Shown here in pieces: positions 50,222 to 59,196 of a stretch of DNA of 64,000 nucleotides (position 1 is its first letter; every line of letters starts with the position of its first letter). Under the pieces are notes generated by a model that saw nothing but the letters and a program-made list of their open reading frames with translations, searched no databases and was not told the origin of the DNA. Source of the DNA: an uncultured Sutterella sp. (lineage in GTDB: Bacteria > Pseudomonadota > Gammaproteobacteria > Burkholderiales > Burkholderiaceae_F); NCBI GenBank assembly GCA_900767875.1, contig CAAGAT010000074.1, positions 34,270 to 98,269 on the forward strand, written 5' to 3'. Position numbers and translations under genes: made by a program.

Positions 50222-50967
50222 GCACCATGACGACTGACCGTTACAGCCGCCACGAACTTCTCAAGGAAATCGGCCCCGAGGGCCAAAAGCGCATCGCCGC
50301 CACCCGCGTCTTCATCATCGGCGCGGGCGGCGTGGGGTGCCCGGCCGCCCTGGCTCTGGCCGAAAGCGGCGTGGCCTCGATCACGATCGCCGACGCCGAC
50401 GCCGTGGACCTGACCAACCTGCCGCGCCAGATCCTGCATACACCCGCGCGCATCGGCATGAACAAAGCCGAAAGCGCCCGCGTCGCGCTCTCGCTCGTCA
50501 ATCCGGACGTGCCCGTCACGCCCGTGACCGAGTATGTGGACGAGGCCAAGCTCTTGGAGCTGGCCGCCGAGGCCGACATTCTCATCGACGCAAGCGACAA
50601 CTTTCACACGCGTCACGCGAGCAACCGCGCCGCCAAGAAACTGCGCAAGGTGCTCATTTCCGCCTCGAGCGTGCGCTACAGCGTGCAGCTGGCCATCTTT
50701 GACTTTCGCACCGGCAATGCGCCCTGCTATCAGTGCACCTTCCCCGAGGACGACGGCCAGGACGTCAAGGCCTCGGCCACCGGGGTGCTCGCGCCCGTCA
50801 CCTCCATTGCGGGCATGATGGCCGCCGAAGAGGCTCTCAAGATCGCCGCCGGGCTCACGAGCCCGTCCGTGGGCAGCCTCATTGTCCTTGATACGCTTTC
50901 GTGGGAATTTACGCGCATGAAGCTCGCGCACGACCCGAACTGCCCGGTGTGCGCAGCCTCACGCTAG
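50218..50967 (+). CDS. moeB: molybdopterin-synthase adenylyltransferase MoeB (ThiF/E1-like)
   Basis: 249 aa; Rossmann GAGGVGCP; C-terminal CPVC; ATG overlaps the ctpA stop (ATGA). Confidence 0.85.
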   Translation: MSTMTTDRYSRHELLKEIGPEGQKRIAATRVFIIGAGGVGCPAALALAESGVASITIADADAVDLTNLPRQILHTPARIGMNKAESARVALSLVNPDVPVTPVTEYVDEAKLLELAAEADILIDASDNFHTRHASNRAAKKLRKVLISASSVRYSVQLAIFDFRTGNAPCYQCTFPEDDGQDVKASATGVLAPVTSIAGMMAAEEALKIAAGLTSPSVGSLIVLDTLSWEFTRMKLAHDPNCPVCAASR

Positions 50968-50971
50968 CGCG

Positions 50972-53305
50972 CTACCACAGACGCCCCCAGTAGAAGGTAA
51001 GCGAAGAGCTCTGACCGAAGGTGCGGCCGAGCACAAGGTAAATCGGCCCCACCCAGGAGTCGCTTGCCACAAAGACGCTGGCGGCGTGCTGCCAGGACTC
51101 GTCCTGCCCGCTCACCCGATCGCTGATCGCGCTGCTCCAGACGCGCCCGGCCTCGAGCGTGCCGCCCAAGTACACGGGCATACGCAACTCGCGCATGGTG
51201 CGGCTAACGTCGTGATAGAGCATCACGCGCCCGAAGAGCAGCCGATCGCCCGCGTAGCGCCCGTGGGGCGAGCCCGACAGGTTAAAGACCCCGCCGAGGT
51301 TGTAGTTGTCCGCGTCGCTCCCGAGGCCCCCCTTAAAGCTCAAGAGGGCCGTCGTGTACCGCCCGAGCCGCACGGGCAGCGCGGCCTGCGCGTCGTAGCG
51401 CACGTCCGGATTGCCCGCCCCCGTATCCTGAATGCCGCTCGGGTTGAGCGCGTAGGAAAGCGCCCCGTCAAGGTAAAAGCCGCGCCGCGGGAAACTCGCG
51501 TTGTCCAGAGTATCGAAATTGGCCCGCACGGACACGAAAGGCGAGGATTCGTCCTCCTTGATGTTGGTGATGAAGGTTTCGGTGCGGATGCGCCGCTTGT
51601 ACCAGCCCCCGCCCGTCGACACGCGCCCCAGACGCGGGAATTCATAGCCCAGATAGAGCGCCCCCTCGAGGGTTTCCGTGCGGAACTCCCCGACCGGAAT
51701 GCGGTTGTCGTCCACGTAAAGGTCAAAGGGCTCCCACTGATAGCTCACGCGTGGCATGACGAACCAGTTGCTTGCCGCGCCGAGCGGCTGCGTGAATTCG
51801 GACAAAAACCGCTTGATCTCGCCGACCTGAATTTCGTTGCGCCAGTGCGCGCCCCAGTCGTTGAGCCACCCCCATGTGTGCGAAAGCAGCACGTTGAAGG
51901 TGTTGGAGGACAGAAAGTCCGACTGAATGTTGCCCCCGAAGCGCAGCGTCGAGTAGCCGATCGACTGTTCCTCGGGCTCAAAGACAAGCACTTCCGTGCC
52001 GTTGGGGCCCGGCTCAAAGCGAAACGGCACGTTCATGAAGTCGCCCCCGGCCCAGATGTTGCGCGCCGCCTCGGCGGCCTCCTCGTTGGTGACGGGCCGC
52101 GAGGTGTCGATGTCGGCCTGCGCGAGCACGCGCTCGGGATTGACGCGCTTGAGGCCGGCCACCTGCACGCTCGAGATCCGGTGCTGACCGTCGTTGTCGG
52201 TCTTTTGCTGCCGCGCGGTCAGATAGCGCTCGTAGTCTTCGGGGCTGTCGGCGTAGGGCGCAAAAAGCTCCTTTTTGGCCATCACGGCCTTGTAGCCGAT
52301 GGCGATGATTTCCTCGGCCTTGAGAAAGTCCCCCGAGGTCAGCTCTCCGAGCTCGGGTTCGATGTAGATGTCCTCGGGCGTGAGCGAGGCCTTGGACTTG
52401 CGCACGTTCTGCTCGGTGAGGATGTTGACCACCTGCCCCATCACGCCCACGACGCCGCGGATGTCGCCGCGCTTACTCAAAGGCGTGCCCGTGTTGATCG
52501 CCACGACACGCTGCGCGCCCATGCCTCGGGCCAGGTCCACGGGCAGGTTGTCCACCAGGCCCCCGTCGACCAAGAGCCTTCCTTTGTGCTCAACGGGCCG
52601 AAAGGCCCCGGGCACCGACATCGAGCAGCGCATGGCCTGCGACAGGGTCACTTCCTTTTGCAGCACCACGGCCTGTCCGGTTTCCAGGTCCGTGGCCACG
52701 GCCGCAAAGGGGATGGCCAGTTTGGAGAGGTCATAGATGTGGTTGAAGGGCTCGGTCGAGCGCTGCAGAAAGATGTTGAGTTCCTGCGAAGGCACCACCT
52801 GTGCGGGCAGCTTGAGCCCGTCGCGCCCCACCCCCATTTCGAGCATGCCGTAGCCGCGCCGATTGTCGTCCTTGGCCTGCCAGTCCATGCGCTCGCGGTC
52901 GGGCACGGGCGAAAACATGCGCGGCCAGTCGACGGCCAGGGTGATGGCCTCGATCTGATGGGCGCTGTAGCCGGCGGCATAGGCGCCGCCCACCATCGAG
53001 CCCATGCTCGTGCCCGTGACCACGTCAAAGCGCACGCGCAGCTCTTCGAGCGCCTTGAGCGCGCCGATGTGCGCAAAGCCGCGGGCGCCGCCGCCCGACA
53101 ACACCAGGCCCAGACGCGGTTTGTCGAGGCTCGCCTCGGCCGCCTGAGCGGCCCCCGCGCCCAGGGCCGCCGCCAGCAGCACCAGGAGTCGAACGGACAA
53201 CGATTTCACAAAAGCCATAACCATGCACCCAAGGGGCGATTGACCAGCGCCCATGCCTGCGATCTTAACAAGGCCAAGGCGCACGGCCTTGTTCAAAAAG
53301 GACAA
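50972..53305 (-). CDS. patatin-like phospholipase fused to POTRA and Omp85-type beta-barrel (type Vd secretion, PlpD-like)
   Basis: GGGARGFAHIG oxyanion motif and GTSMGSMVG (GxSxG); C-terminal surface-antigen/BamA-like barrel. The true start is probably near MVMAFVKSLSVRLLVLLAA (about 53218). Confidence 0.8.
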   Translation of the reverse strand: MSFLNKAVRLGLVKIAGMGAGQSPLGCMVMAFVKSLSVRLLVLLAAALGAGAAQAAEASLDKPRLGLVLSGGGARGFAHIGALKALEELRVRFDVVTGTSMGSMVGGAYAAGYSAHQIEAITLAVDWPRMFSPVPDRERMDWQAKDDNRRGYGMLEMGVGRDGLKLPAQVVPSQELNIFLQRSTEPFNHIYDLSKLAIPFAAVATDLETGQAVVLQKEVTLSQAMRCSMSVPGAFRPVEHKGRLLVDGGLVDNLPVDLARGMGAQRVVAINTGTPLSKRGDIRGVVGVMGQVVNILTEQNVRKSKASLTPEDIYIEPELGELTSGDFLKAEEIIAIGYKAVMAKKELFAPYADSPEDYERYLTARQQKTDNDGQHRISSVQVAGLKRVNPERVLAQADIDTSRPVTNEEAAEAARNIWAGGDFMNVPFRFEPGPNGTEVLVFEPEEQSIGYSTLRFGGNIQSDFLSSNTFNVLLSHTWGWLNDWGAHWRNEIQVGEIKRFLSEFTQPLGAASNWFVMPRVSYQWEPFDLYVDDNRIPVGEFRTETLEGALYLGYEFPRLGRVSTGGGWYKRRIRTETFITNIKEDESSPFVSVRANFDTLDNASFPRRGFYLDGALSYALNPSGIQDTGAGNPDVRYDAQAALPVRLGRYTTALLSFKGGLGSDADNYNLGGVFNLSGSPHGRYAGDRLLFGRVMLYHDVSRTMRELRMPVYLGGTLEAGRVWSSAISDRVSGQDESWQHAASVFVASDSWVGPIYLVLGRTFGQSSSLTFYWGRLW

Positions 53306-53461
53306 TCTCGGTACTACTCCGAAGGCCGACGGCCTGCGGCGTTTTCCCGCGGGCCCGTCGGGGGCGTCTCACGCGGCCGCCCCGATACCTTACAATGAGA
53401 GAGTTTGCGCCGCGTGCGCCCGATTTATTCAAAGTCACCCACACTAAGAGGCCTTTTTCCC

Positions 53462-54196
53462 ATGGCGATGATTGAAATCAAAAATGTGAGCAAGTGGTAC
53501 GGTTCCTTCCAAGTGCTGAAAAACTGCTCGACATCCGTTGAAAAAGGCGAAGTGGTGGTCGTCTGCGGCCCGTCGGGCTCGGGCAAGTCCACCCTGATCA
53601 AGACCGTCAACGCGCTCGAACCCTTCCAGCAGGGCGAAGTGCTCATCAACGGCATCAACGTGGGCGACCCCAAGACGGATCTGCCCAAGCTGCGCAGCCA
53701 CGTGGGCATGGTATTCCAGCACTTCGAGCTCTTCCCGCACCTGTCGATCACCGACAACCTGACGCTCGCGCAGATGAAGGTGCTCGGCCGCTCGCGCGAC
53801 GAAGCCACCGAACGCGGTCTGGCGCTGCTCGATCGCGTCGGCCTGCTCAAGCACGCCTCCAAGTTCCCCGGCCAGCTCTCGGGCGGCCAGCAGCAGCGTG
53901 TGGCCATCGCCCGCGCCCTGGCGATGGACCCGGTGTGTATGCTCTTTGACGAACCGACCTCGGCCCTCGATCCGGAAATGATCAACGAAGTGCTCGACGT
54001 GATGGTGGGTCTGGCGCGCGAAGGCATGACCATGATGGTCGTGACGCACGAAATGGGCTTTGCCCGCAAGGTAGCCGACCGCGTGGTCTTTATGGAAGCC
54101 GGCGAAATTCTCGAAGATGCCAAGAAGGACGACTTCTTCGGCTCGCCGCGCAGCGAACGTGCCCAGCAGTTCCTCTCCAAGATCCTGTCGCACTAA
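53462..54196 (+). CDS. polar-amino-acid-type ABC transporter ATP-binding protein (GlnQ/HisP-like); no adjacent permease or binding protein
   Basis: Start at MAMIEIKNVSKWYG; Walker A GPSGSGKST, LSGGQQQRVAIARAL, Walker B MLFDEPTSALD. Confidence 0.85.
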   Translation: MAMIEIKNVSKWYGSFQVLKNCSTSVEKGEVVVVCGPSGSGKSTLIKTVNALEPFQQGEVLINGINVGDPKTDLPKLRSHVGMVFQHFELFPHLSITDNLTLAQMKVLGRSRDEATERGLALLDRVGLLKHASKFPGQLSGGQQQRVAIARALAMDPVCMLFDEPTSALDPEMINEVLDVMVGLAREGMTMMVVTHEMGFARKVADRVVFMEAGEILEDAKKDDFFGSPRSERAQQFLSKILSH

Positions 54197-54270
54197 TCCT
54201 TTGGGCAAGGCAGAAGCCGCGTCAAGCGCTTCTGCCTTGTTCTTAACCGGCGCACGTCCGGCACGTTTTT

Positions 54271-57200
54271 ATGGCCAAACGCAAAACCTTCGGCAACACC
54301 TGGTGGGGCCGCCAGTGGCTCGACGCCCTCTCGGACATCGATGAGTCCAACCGCCTGCCGCGAGGGCGCACGTACTTCAACACGGGCCGCGTCATCCAAT
54401 GCAATTGGAACGAACAAAAGGGCTGCGTCGAAGCCCTGGTCGACGGCTCGTCCTACTACCCGTACGAGGTGACGATCGGCCTGCCGCGCTGGCCTGCCGA
54501 GCGCGAAAAGGCGCTGCTGGACGCCATCGCGGCCGACCCGGCCCTGGTGGCCGATCTGCTGCGGGGCACGCTGCCGCCCACGGTGGCCGAATTGTGCGAA
54601 AAGGTCGGGCTGGACCTCTTTCCGCAAAGCTGGCGCGACATGCGCACCGACTGCACCTGCCCGGACAGCGCCCGCATCTGCAAACACCTGGCGGCGGTTT
54701 TTTACGCGCTCTCGGAAATGATCGACGCCAACCCCTTCGTCGTCTTTTTGCTGCACGGGCTGAGCCTGCGCGACGAACTCAAAAAACGCGGGGTGGACAC
54801 CACGGCGGCCACAACCGAGCGGCCCCTGCTTTTTTCCGAACTCGCGCACGCGGCCACGCTCGAGCGGCCCGATCCCAAGCGCATCGATGCCGACACAGGT
54901 CTGTCGCTGCTCAGAACGCTCTCCTACGGCTCCTTTGAGTCCATGCGCGAGACGCTTTTGACGCTCATTCCCGAGTCGGTGCCGCTACCCACCGAGCGCA
55001 ATCTCAAGGGGCAGATGCGACGCCTCTTAACCGAAGCCGAGCGCCTGTACCGCTTTTTGCCCGCCTTTGAGGAGTCCGTCTGGTTTGCGCGCTATGTGCT
55101 GCCCTGCTTTGAGGGGCGCCGGCCGGTCTTTGACGAAAATGCCGTGCGCTCGCTCAAGTTAAAGCTTGCGGCCCGCATCAGCGACGCGGGCGCCTTTGAG
55201 GTGACCCTGACGGGGCGCGCTTTTGAGACCGACGGCCGTCTGCGGCGCTTTGAGCTCACGCAAAAGGACCGGGTCTTTGAGATCCTGCTGCACATGCCCA
55301 CCTCCTTTACCCGCGAGGCCTCGCCCGAGATGGAGTGCTGGCGCGAAATCAGCGCCTCGGCCGCGCGCCTGACGGCCGCCTCGGTCATCGTGCCCGCCCT
55401 CGTCGATCCCAAGGGTGCGGTCGACGTCATTCCGCTGGTGGTCTGGACGCCGGCGGTGCGAAACGCCAAGGCCGCTTCCCTGGCCGACCGGCTCACGCAG
55501 GCCTGCAATCCCTTTGCCGACAAACTGTTTGAGACCTCTCCGGTGCCCGCGGGCGAGCACTTTGCCAAGGAGTCCGTCTTTTCGGCCATGACCCTGGCCA
55601 CAAGCGCGCTCATGCAAAACGTGGAGCGGCGCGCACCCAAGGGGATCGAAACCGAATCGATCGTCGTCATGCTCGCCCTGCAGGCGCGGTTTGACGCCAT
55701 GAGTGAGGCCGCCCCCATGGTGCGGCGCCACGTCATGACGGCCCTCAATGCCTTCATGCTCGGCGACGCGTACCCCTGGCGCCCGACGCTGACGGCAAGC
55801 GTGCACAAGGACGGCGTCAAGATCAATTTCGGCATTCTCGGCCGCGCCGCCCAAAAGGACGACGCGAGCCCGGGCCCGGCTCTGAGCGCCAAGCGCCCGG
55901 TGCTGCTCGCGCGCATTCTCAAGGAAGAGCGCTTTGAAAACGATCGCTTTGCGGTGCTCTCGGCCCTTAAGACGCTGAGCAAAGCCTGCCCGATGCTCGA
56001 GCCGATTGCCGCCGGCGGTGGCAAACCCGTCACGCTCGAGCGCAGCGAACTCAAGGACTTTCTCTTTGACATCGCGCCGGTATTGACGCTTTTGGGAGTG
56101 GCCGTGATGCTGCCCGAAAGCCTCAAACGGCTGCTGCGCCCGACGCTGACGGCACACCTCAATGTGGGCGCGGGCAAGTCGCTTCTCGGTAAGGACGCCT
56201 TTGCCAAATTCGACTGGCGCGTGGCCGTGGGCGACAAGGAGCTCACCCGCGAAGAGCTGCAGGAACTCATGAAGAGCGCCGGCCAGATCGTTCGCTTTGG
56301 CGAAGACTTCGTCTACCTTGATCCCAACACCCTCGAGCGCCTGGCCGAGGCCGTCGACAAGCAGCCCCAGCCCACGTATCTGGAAAAGATGCGCGCGGCT
56401 CTGACGGGCGAGTACGACTACCAAGGGCAGGCCGTGGACATGCGGGTGAGCCAAGAGATTCTCGAGCGGCTCAAAACGCTCACGACCGTCACCGACGTGC
56501 CGCCCCCGGCCAACCTTCAGGCCGCGTTGCGCCCCTATCAGGCCCGTGGCTTTTCGTGGCTGATGAAAAACCTGCGGCTGGGCCTGGGGTCCCTCATCGC
56601 CGACGACATGGGGCTGGGCAAAACGCTGCAGGTGATCGCCGCCCTGTTGCAGCTGAAAAACGACGGCGCCTTTGCCAAACAAAAGGCGCTGGTGGTGGTG
56701 CCCACCACGCTGATGACCAACTGGATGCGCGAGATCGCGCGCTTTGCACCCGCCCTCACGGTGGGACTCTATCACGGCGCGCGGCGCGCTCTGCCCGCCC
56801 CCAAGGATTTGCCCGACGTGACGCTCACCTCCTACGGGCTCATGCGCCGGGACACCGAAACTCTGGCCGCGGTGGGCTGGCGCTTGCTGGTGCTCGATGA
56901 GGCGCAGGCCGTCAAAAACGCCGCCTCGGGACAAGCCACGGCCGCCAAGGCCCTCGGGGCCGCGCAGACGATCGCCATGACGGGCACGCCCGTGGAAAAC
57001 CACCTCACCGAATACTGGTCGATTCTCGAGACCGTGCAGCCGCGGCTGTTGGGCTCGCTACGCGACTTTACGAACACCTTTGCCGGCCCGATCGAAAACG
57101 ACCGCGATCCGGCCGCCGCCGAAGCGTTCCGCCGCCTGACGGCGCCCTTTATGCTGCGGCGCCTCAAAAGCGACAAGTCGATCATTTCGGACCTGCCCGA

Positions 57201-57993
57201 GCGCACGACGATCGATCAGTTCACGCATCTGACGCCCGAGCAGGCCGCGCTGTATGAAAAAACTCTCGGCGAGCACATGAAAAAGCTCGCCAAACTCGAC
57301 GAAGAGGCCGCCGGCGACCCATCCGAGTCCGGGGAAGAAGCCGAGCAAGCCCAAAACCGGCGCATGGCGCGCCGAGGCCTGGTGCTCAAGCTCATCACGG
57401 CCCTCAAGCAAATCTGCAATTCGCCCTCGCAGTACCTCAGAGAGCATTGTCCGCAGGCCGACTCGGGCAAGGCCGCCGCCCTCTTTGAGATCCTCGAGCA
57501 GTGCCGTGACGCCAGCCGCAAGGTGCTCATCTTTACGCAGTACCGGGAAATGGGCGAGCATCTGGCCGAGTGGATCGGCGCGTGCTTTGCGCAAAAGCCC
57601 GACTTTCTGCACGGAGGCGTCCCCCTCAAGGAGCGCCAGGCCATGGTCGATCGCTTTCAGACGGACCGCGGCGTGCACGAGATGATCATTTCGCTCAAGG
57701 CGGGCGGCACGGGCCTCAATCTCACCTCTGCGAGCTGCGTCGTGCACTACGACCTGTGGTGGAACCCGGCCGTCGAGGCCCAGGCCACCGACCGCGCCTA
57801 CCGCATCGGACAGCGGCGCGACGTGCTCGTCTATCGCTTCGTGACCGAAGGCACGTTTGAAGAGCGCATCAACGACATGCTCAAGGCCAAGCGCGAGCTG
57901 GCGGATCTGACGGTGGCCACGGGCGAAACCTGGATCGGCGATCTGCCCACGGGAGAGTTGCGCAGCCTTTTGGCGCTGCGCAAAGAGGACTGA
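54271..57993 (+). CDS. SWIM zinc finger plus SNF2-family helicase (N-terminal SWIM, large middle region, C-terminal SNF2_N/HelicC), 1240 aa
   Basis: SWIM CTCPDSARICKHLAAVFYAL (CxCxnCxH). SNF2 motifs DDMGLGKTLQ and DEAQAVKN. Helicase C with QATDRAYRIGQ. Confidence 0.85.
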   Translation: MAKRKTFGNTWWGRQWLDALSDIDESNRLPRGRTYFNTGRVIQCNWNEQKGCVEALVDGSSYYPYEVTIGLPRWPAEREKALLDAIAADPALVADLLRGTLPPTVAELCEKVGLDLFPQSWRDMRTDCTCPDSARICKHLAAVFYALSEMIDANPFVVFLLHGLSLRDELKKRGVDTTAATTERPLLFSELAHAATLERPDPKRIDADTGLSLLRTLSYGSFESMRETLLTLIPESVPLPTERNLKGQMRRLLTEAERLYRFLPAFEESVWFARYVLPCFEGRRPVFDENAVRSLKLKLAARISDAGAFEVTLTGRAFETDGRLRRFELTQKDRVFEILLHMPTSFTREASPEMECWREISASAARLTAASVIVPALVDPKGAVDVIPLVVWTPAVRNAKAASLADRLTQACNPFADKLFETSPVPAGEHFAKESVFSAMTLATSALMQNVERRAPKGIETESIVVMLALQARFDAMSEAAPMVRRHVMTALNAFMLGDAYPWRPTLTASVHKDGVKINFGILGRAAQKDDASPGPALSAKRPVLLARILKEERFENDRFAVLSALKTLSKACPMLEPIAAGGGKPVTLERSELKDFLFDIAPVLTLLGVAVMLPESLKRLLRPTLTAHLNVGAGKSLLGKDAFAKFDWRVAVGDKELTREELQELMKSAGQIVRFGEDFVYLDPNTLERLAEAVDKQPQPTYLEKMRAALTGEYDYQGQAVDMRVSQEILERLKTLTTVTDVPPPANLQAALRPYQARGFSWLMKNLRLGLGSLIADDMGLGKTLQVIAALLQLKNDGAFAKQKALVVVPTTLMTNWMREIARFAPALTVGLYHGARRALPAPKDLPDVTLTSYGLMRRDTETLAAVGWRLLVLDEAQAVKNAASGQATAAKALGAAQTIAMTGTPVENHLTEYWSILETVQPRLLGSLRDFTNTFAGPIENDRDPAAAEAFRRLTAPFMLRRLKSDKSIISDLPERTTIDQFTHLTPEQAALYEKTLGEHMKKLAKLDEEAAGDPSESGEEAEQAQNRRMARRGLVLKLITALKQICNSPSQYLREHCPQADSGKAAALFEILEQCRDASRKVLIFTQYREMGEHLAEWIGACFAQKPDFLHGGVPLKERQAMVDRFQTDRGVHEMIISLKAGGTGLNLTSASCVVHYDLWWNPAVEAQATDRAYRIGQRRDVLVYRFVTEGTFEERINDMLKAKRELADLTVATGETWIGDLPTGELRSLLALRKED

Positions 57994-58003
57994 GGCGGAA
58001 GGC

Positions 58004-58043
58004 AAAACGCCGCGTCGGTTTTGGGGCCGCGCGGCGTTTCGTT
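58004..58043. terminator. bidirectional terminator between the SNF2 gene and lptG
   Basis: AAAACGCCGCG-loop-CGCGCGGCGTTTCGTTT, with an A-run and T-run on opposite sides. Confidence 0.6.
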
Positions 58044-58059
58044 TGGGATCTCGTGTCTT

Positions 58060-59196
58060 TTATCGACGCTCGAGGAACCACAGGGCACAGGAGGCGCACA
58101 CCAGCATCACGAAGGTCGGCACGACCGCCACGAGCATGGGTGGCCAGGTGTTGAGAATGCCCAGGAACGAGAAGATGTTGTTGAGGGCATAGAACGAAAT
58201 GCCGATCATCAACCCGCCGAAGATCTTGATCGAGACGCCACCCGAGCGTGCGTTCAGATAGGCAAAAGGCATGGCCACGGCCAGCATCACGAAGATGGCC
58301 AGCGGATAGAAGACCTTGAGCCAGAAGGCCACGCGGTAGCGGTCGGTCGTCTGATGGGTTTCCTTCAGATGCGCGATGTACTGCCACAGATCGGAAATGC
58401 CCATGCGCTCGGGTTTGATGGTCAGAACACCGAGAATGTCGGGGCGCATCTCCGAGGGCAGCACCAGATCGACGCCGCTGCGGCTCGTGCTCTTTTCCAC
58501 GACCGGCGTTTCGTCGTCGGTGATCTTGGGCAGCGTTTCGACCTTGGCGCCCTTCAGGTGCCAGCCGCGGCCGGCGATGTAGTTTGCCTCGGGCGCGTGC
58601 AGCACGCGGATGAGGTCGCCCTCGCGGTCAAATTCAAACACGCGCCAGGCGCCCGTGCGGCTGTGTTCGCCCGCGATGAGGTTGTGCACGTTCACAAAGC
58701 GCACCGCCGCCTGCGAGGCTTCGCCGTTTTGGACGTTGTCCTTGACCCACACGCCCGAGGCATAGCCGCGGGCCGACAGTTTGCGGTCAAAGAGGATATT
58801 GTCCATGTCGTTGCGCATCATGTCCGCGGCCGGCGTGATCCATTCGCCCAGAACATAGGTGGCGGCGATGAGCACCAGGGCGGGCACGGTCATCATCGAG
58901 GCCAGACGCAGGGGCGAGAGGCCCGAGACGCGCATGATCGTGAATTCCGAATTGGAGGCCAGGCGGCTCATCGTGTAGACGGCCCCGAGCAGCACGGCAA
59001 TGGGCATGACCTCATACAGGCGCGACGGGAGCTTGAGCATCGTCAGGAAAAGCGCCATCGAGATGCTGTAGCGGTTGCCGATGTCGCGGGCTTGGCTCAC
59101 CAAGTCAAAAAAGGCGATCAGCGCCACGAGCGCCACAAGCACGAACGTAGTCGACAGCAGTATTTCCTTGGAAAGGTGCCGGGTCAGGATTTTCAT
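58060..59196 (-). CDS. lptG: LPS export ABC permease LptG
   Basis: 378 aa; YjgP/YjgQ family; 1-nt overlap with lptF. Confidence 0.85.
   Translation of the reverse strand: MKILTRHLSKEILLSTTFVLVALVALIAFFDLVSQARDIGNRYSISMALFLTMLKLPSRLYEVMPIAVLLGAVYTMSRLASNSEFTIMRVSGLSPLRLASMMTVPALVLIAATYVLGEWITPAADMMRNDMDNILFDRKLSARGYASGVWVKDNVQNGEASQAAVRFVNVHNLIAGEHSRTGAWRVFEFDREGDLIRVLHAPEANYIAGRGWHLKGAKVETLPKITDDETPVVEKSTSRSGVDLVLPSEMRPDILGVLTIKPERMGISDLWQYIAHLKETHQTTDRYRVAFWLKVFYPLAIFVMLAVAMPFAYLNARSGGVSIKIFGGLMIGISFYALNNIFSFLGILNTWPPMLVAVVPTFVMLVCASCALWFLERR

Noticed and set aside
51086-53398. 770-aa plus-strand ORF, plus similar long reverse-frame ORFs (4959-6167, 30058-31416, 34354-36249, 39323-40828, 43861-45777, 55159-57003, 60462-61991)
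   Set aside because: All lie opposite genes with clear domain signatures (patatin/Omp85, larA, argS, lpoA-like/ABC-F, gpmI, primase/lipoproteins, SNF2, nhaC). No independent evidence for them.
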